Positions 63,801-64,000 of a stretch of DNA of 64,000 bases are shown piece by piece; within the stretch, counting starts at the first letter, position 1; each line of letters starts with the position of its first letter. Source of the stretch: Amoebophrya sp. A120. Lineage: Eukaryota; Protista; Dinoflagellata. The notes under the pieces were generated by a model, which worked only from the letters and a program-made list of their open reading frames with translations, was not told where the DNA came from and did not search any database. Location: NCBI GenBank assembly GCA_905178155.1, contig CAJINV010000022.1:62001-126000 (forward strand), given 5' to 3'. The position numbers were made by a program, and so were the translations under genes.

Positions 63801-64000
63801 GTTTTGCGGAGTTGCAAAGTAAAATGCCGTTACTTGCCAAAACACTTACTCAGAAATGGAACACGGAACTGGGCCCGGATGACGAACTCGACGAGGATAA
63901 GCTGGATCAATCCCCAGAGGGCATTGTCGAGTCCAGCAGCAAGTTTCAGGTGATTCTCCATCTGGTCCAACAGTGGCGGAAAAACCGCGAGAAGTTCGTT
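60825..64000 (+). CDS. SNF2-family ATPase, ERCC6/Rad26/ERCC6L-like; 3'-truncated by the window
   Basis: LLEHQ...GGILADEMGMGKT, ILAPKSVL..W, VVLDEGHVLKN, SGTPLQNKLTEL, VMRRKK, LSNH, SSKF. Introners 61474-61646 and 62782-63026; GT-AG introns 62299-62493, 63314-63494 and 63708-63853. Confidence 0.9.

Noticed and set aside
1-64000. Autonomous transposase, reverse transcriptase, rRNA or tRNA
   Set aside because: No DDE, RT or tyrosine-recombinase motifs and no recognisable structured RNA genes seen by eye; a covariance-model search was not possible.

Overview
Eukaryotic genomic DNA, not a prokaryotic locus. It is most consistent with a syndinian dinoflagellate of the Amoebophrya type (inferred from the non-canonical repetitive introns and the unidirectional gene cluster). 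I reconstructed 13 protein genes by hand, all on the + strand: a hypothetical protein, a small membrane protein, an AlkB-type dioxygenase, a ~3,220-aa multidomain surface protein (SGNH + YHYH + Kazal + mucin + TM), an NTF2/lumazine-binding-like protein, a LYR-like protein, a CAMK-group kinase, EMC4, a ~480-aa histone H2B-fold protein, ALG12, an STPG/ODF3-like protein, HUB1/UBL5 and a truncated SNF2 ATPase. The six-frame ORF track looks fragmented because the genes are split by about 77 MITE-like introner elements in at least 8 families. These have TAT...ATA ends, terminal inverted repeats and a 5-bp flanking direct repeat, and they lack GT-AG boundaries. There are also 16 GT-AG introns. Removing each element plus one copy of its 5-bp repeat restores the reading frame, and the reconstructed CDS lengths are multiples of 3. 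Introners are already described in Amoebophrya. The points most worth following up are: they appear removable in either orientation; I found them only inside CDS; a TGTNATGC/GCATNACA motif is shared by unrelated families and by GT-AG introns; mismatches between the two repeat copies are mostly synonymous; and two other elements are nested at CATG sites inside introners. All splicing is inferred from DNA only, and all counts are manual.
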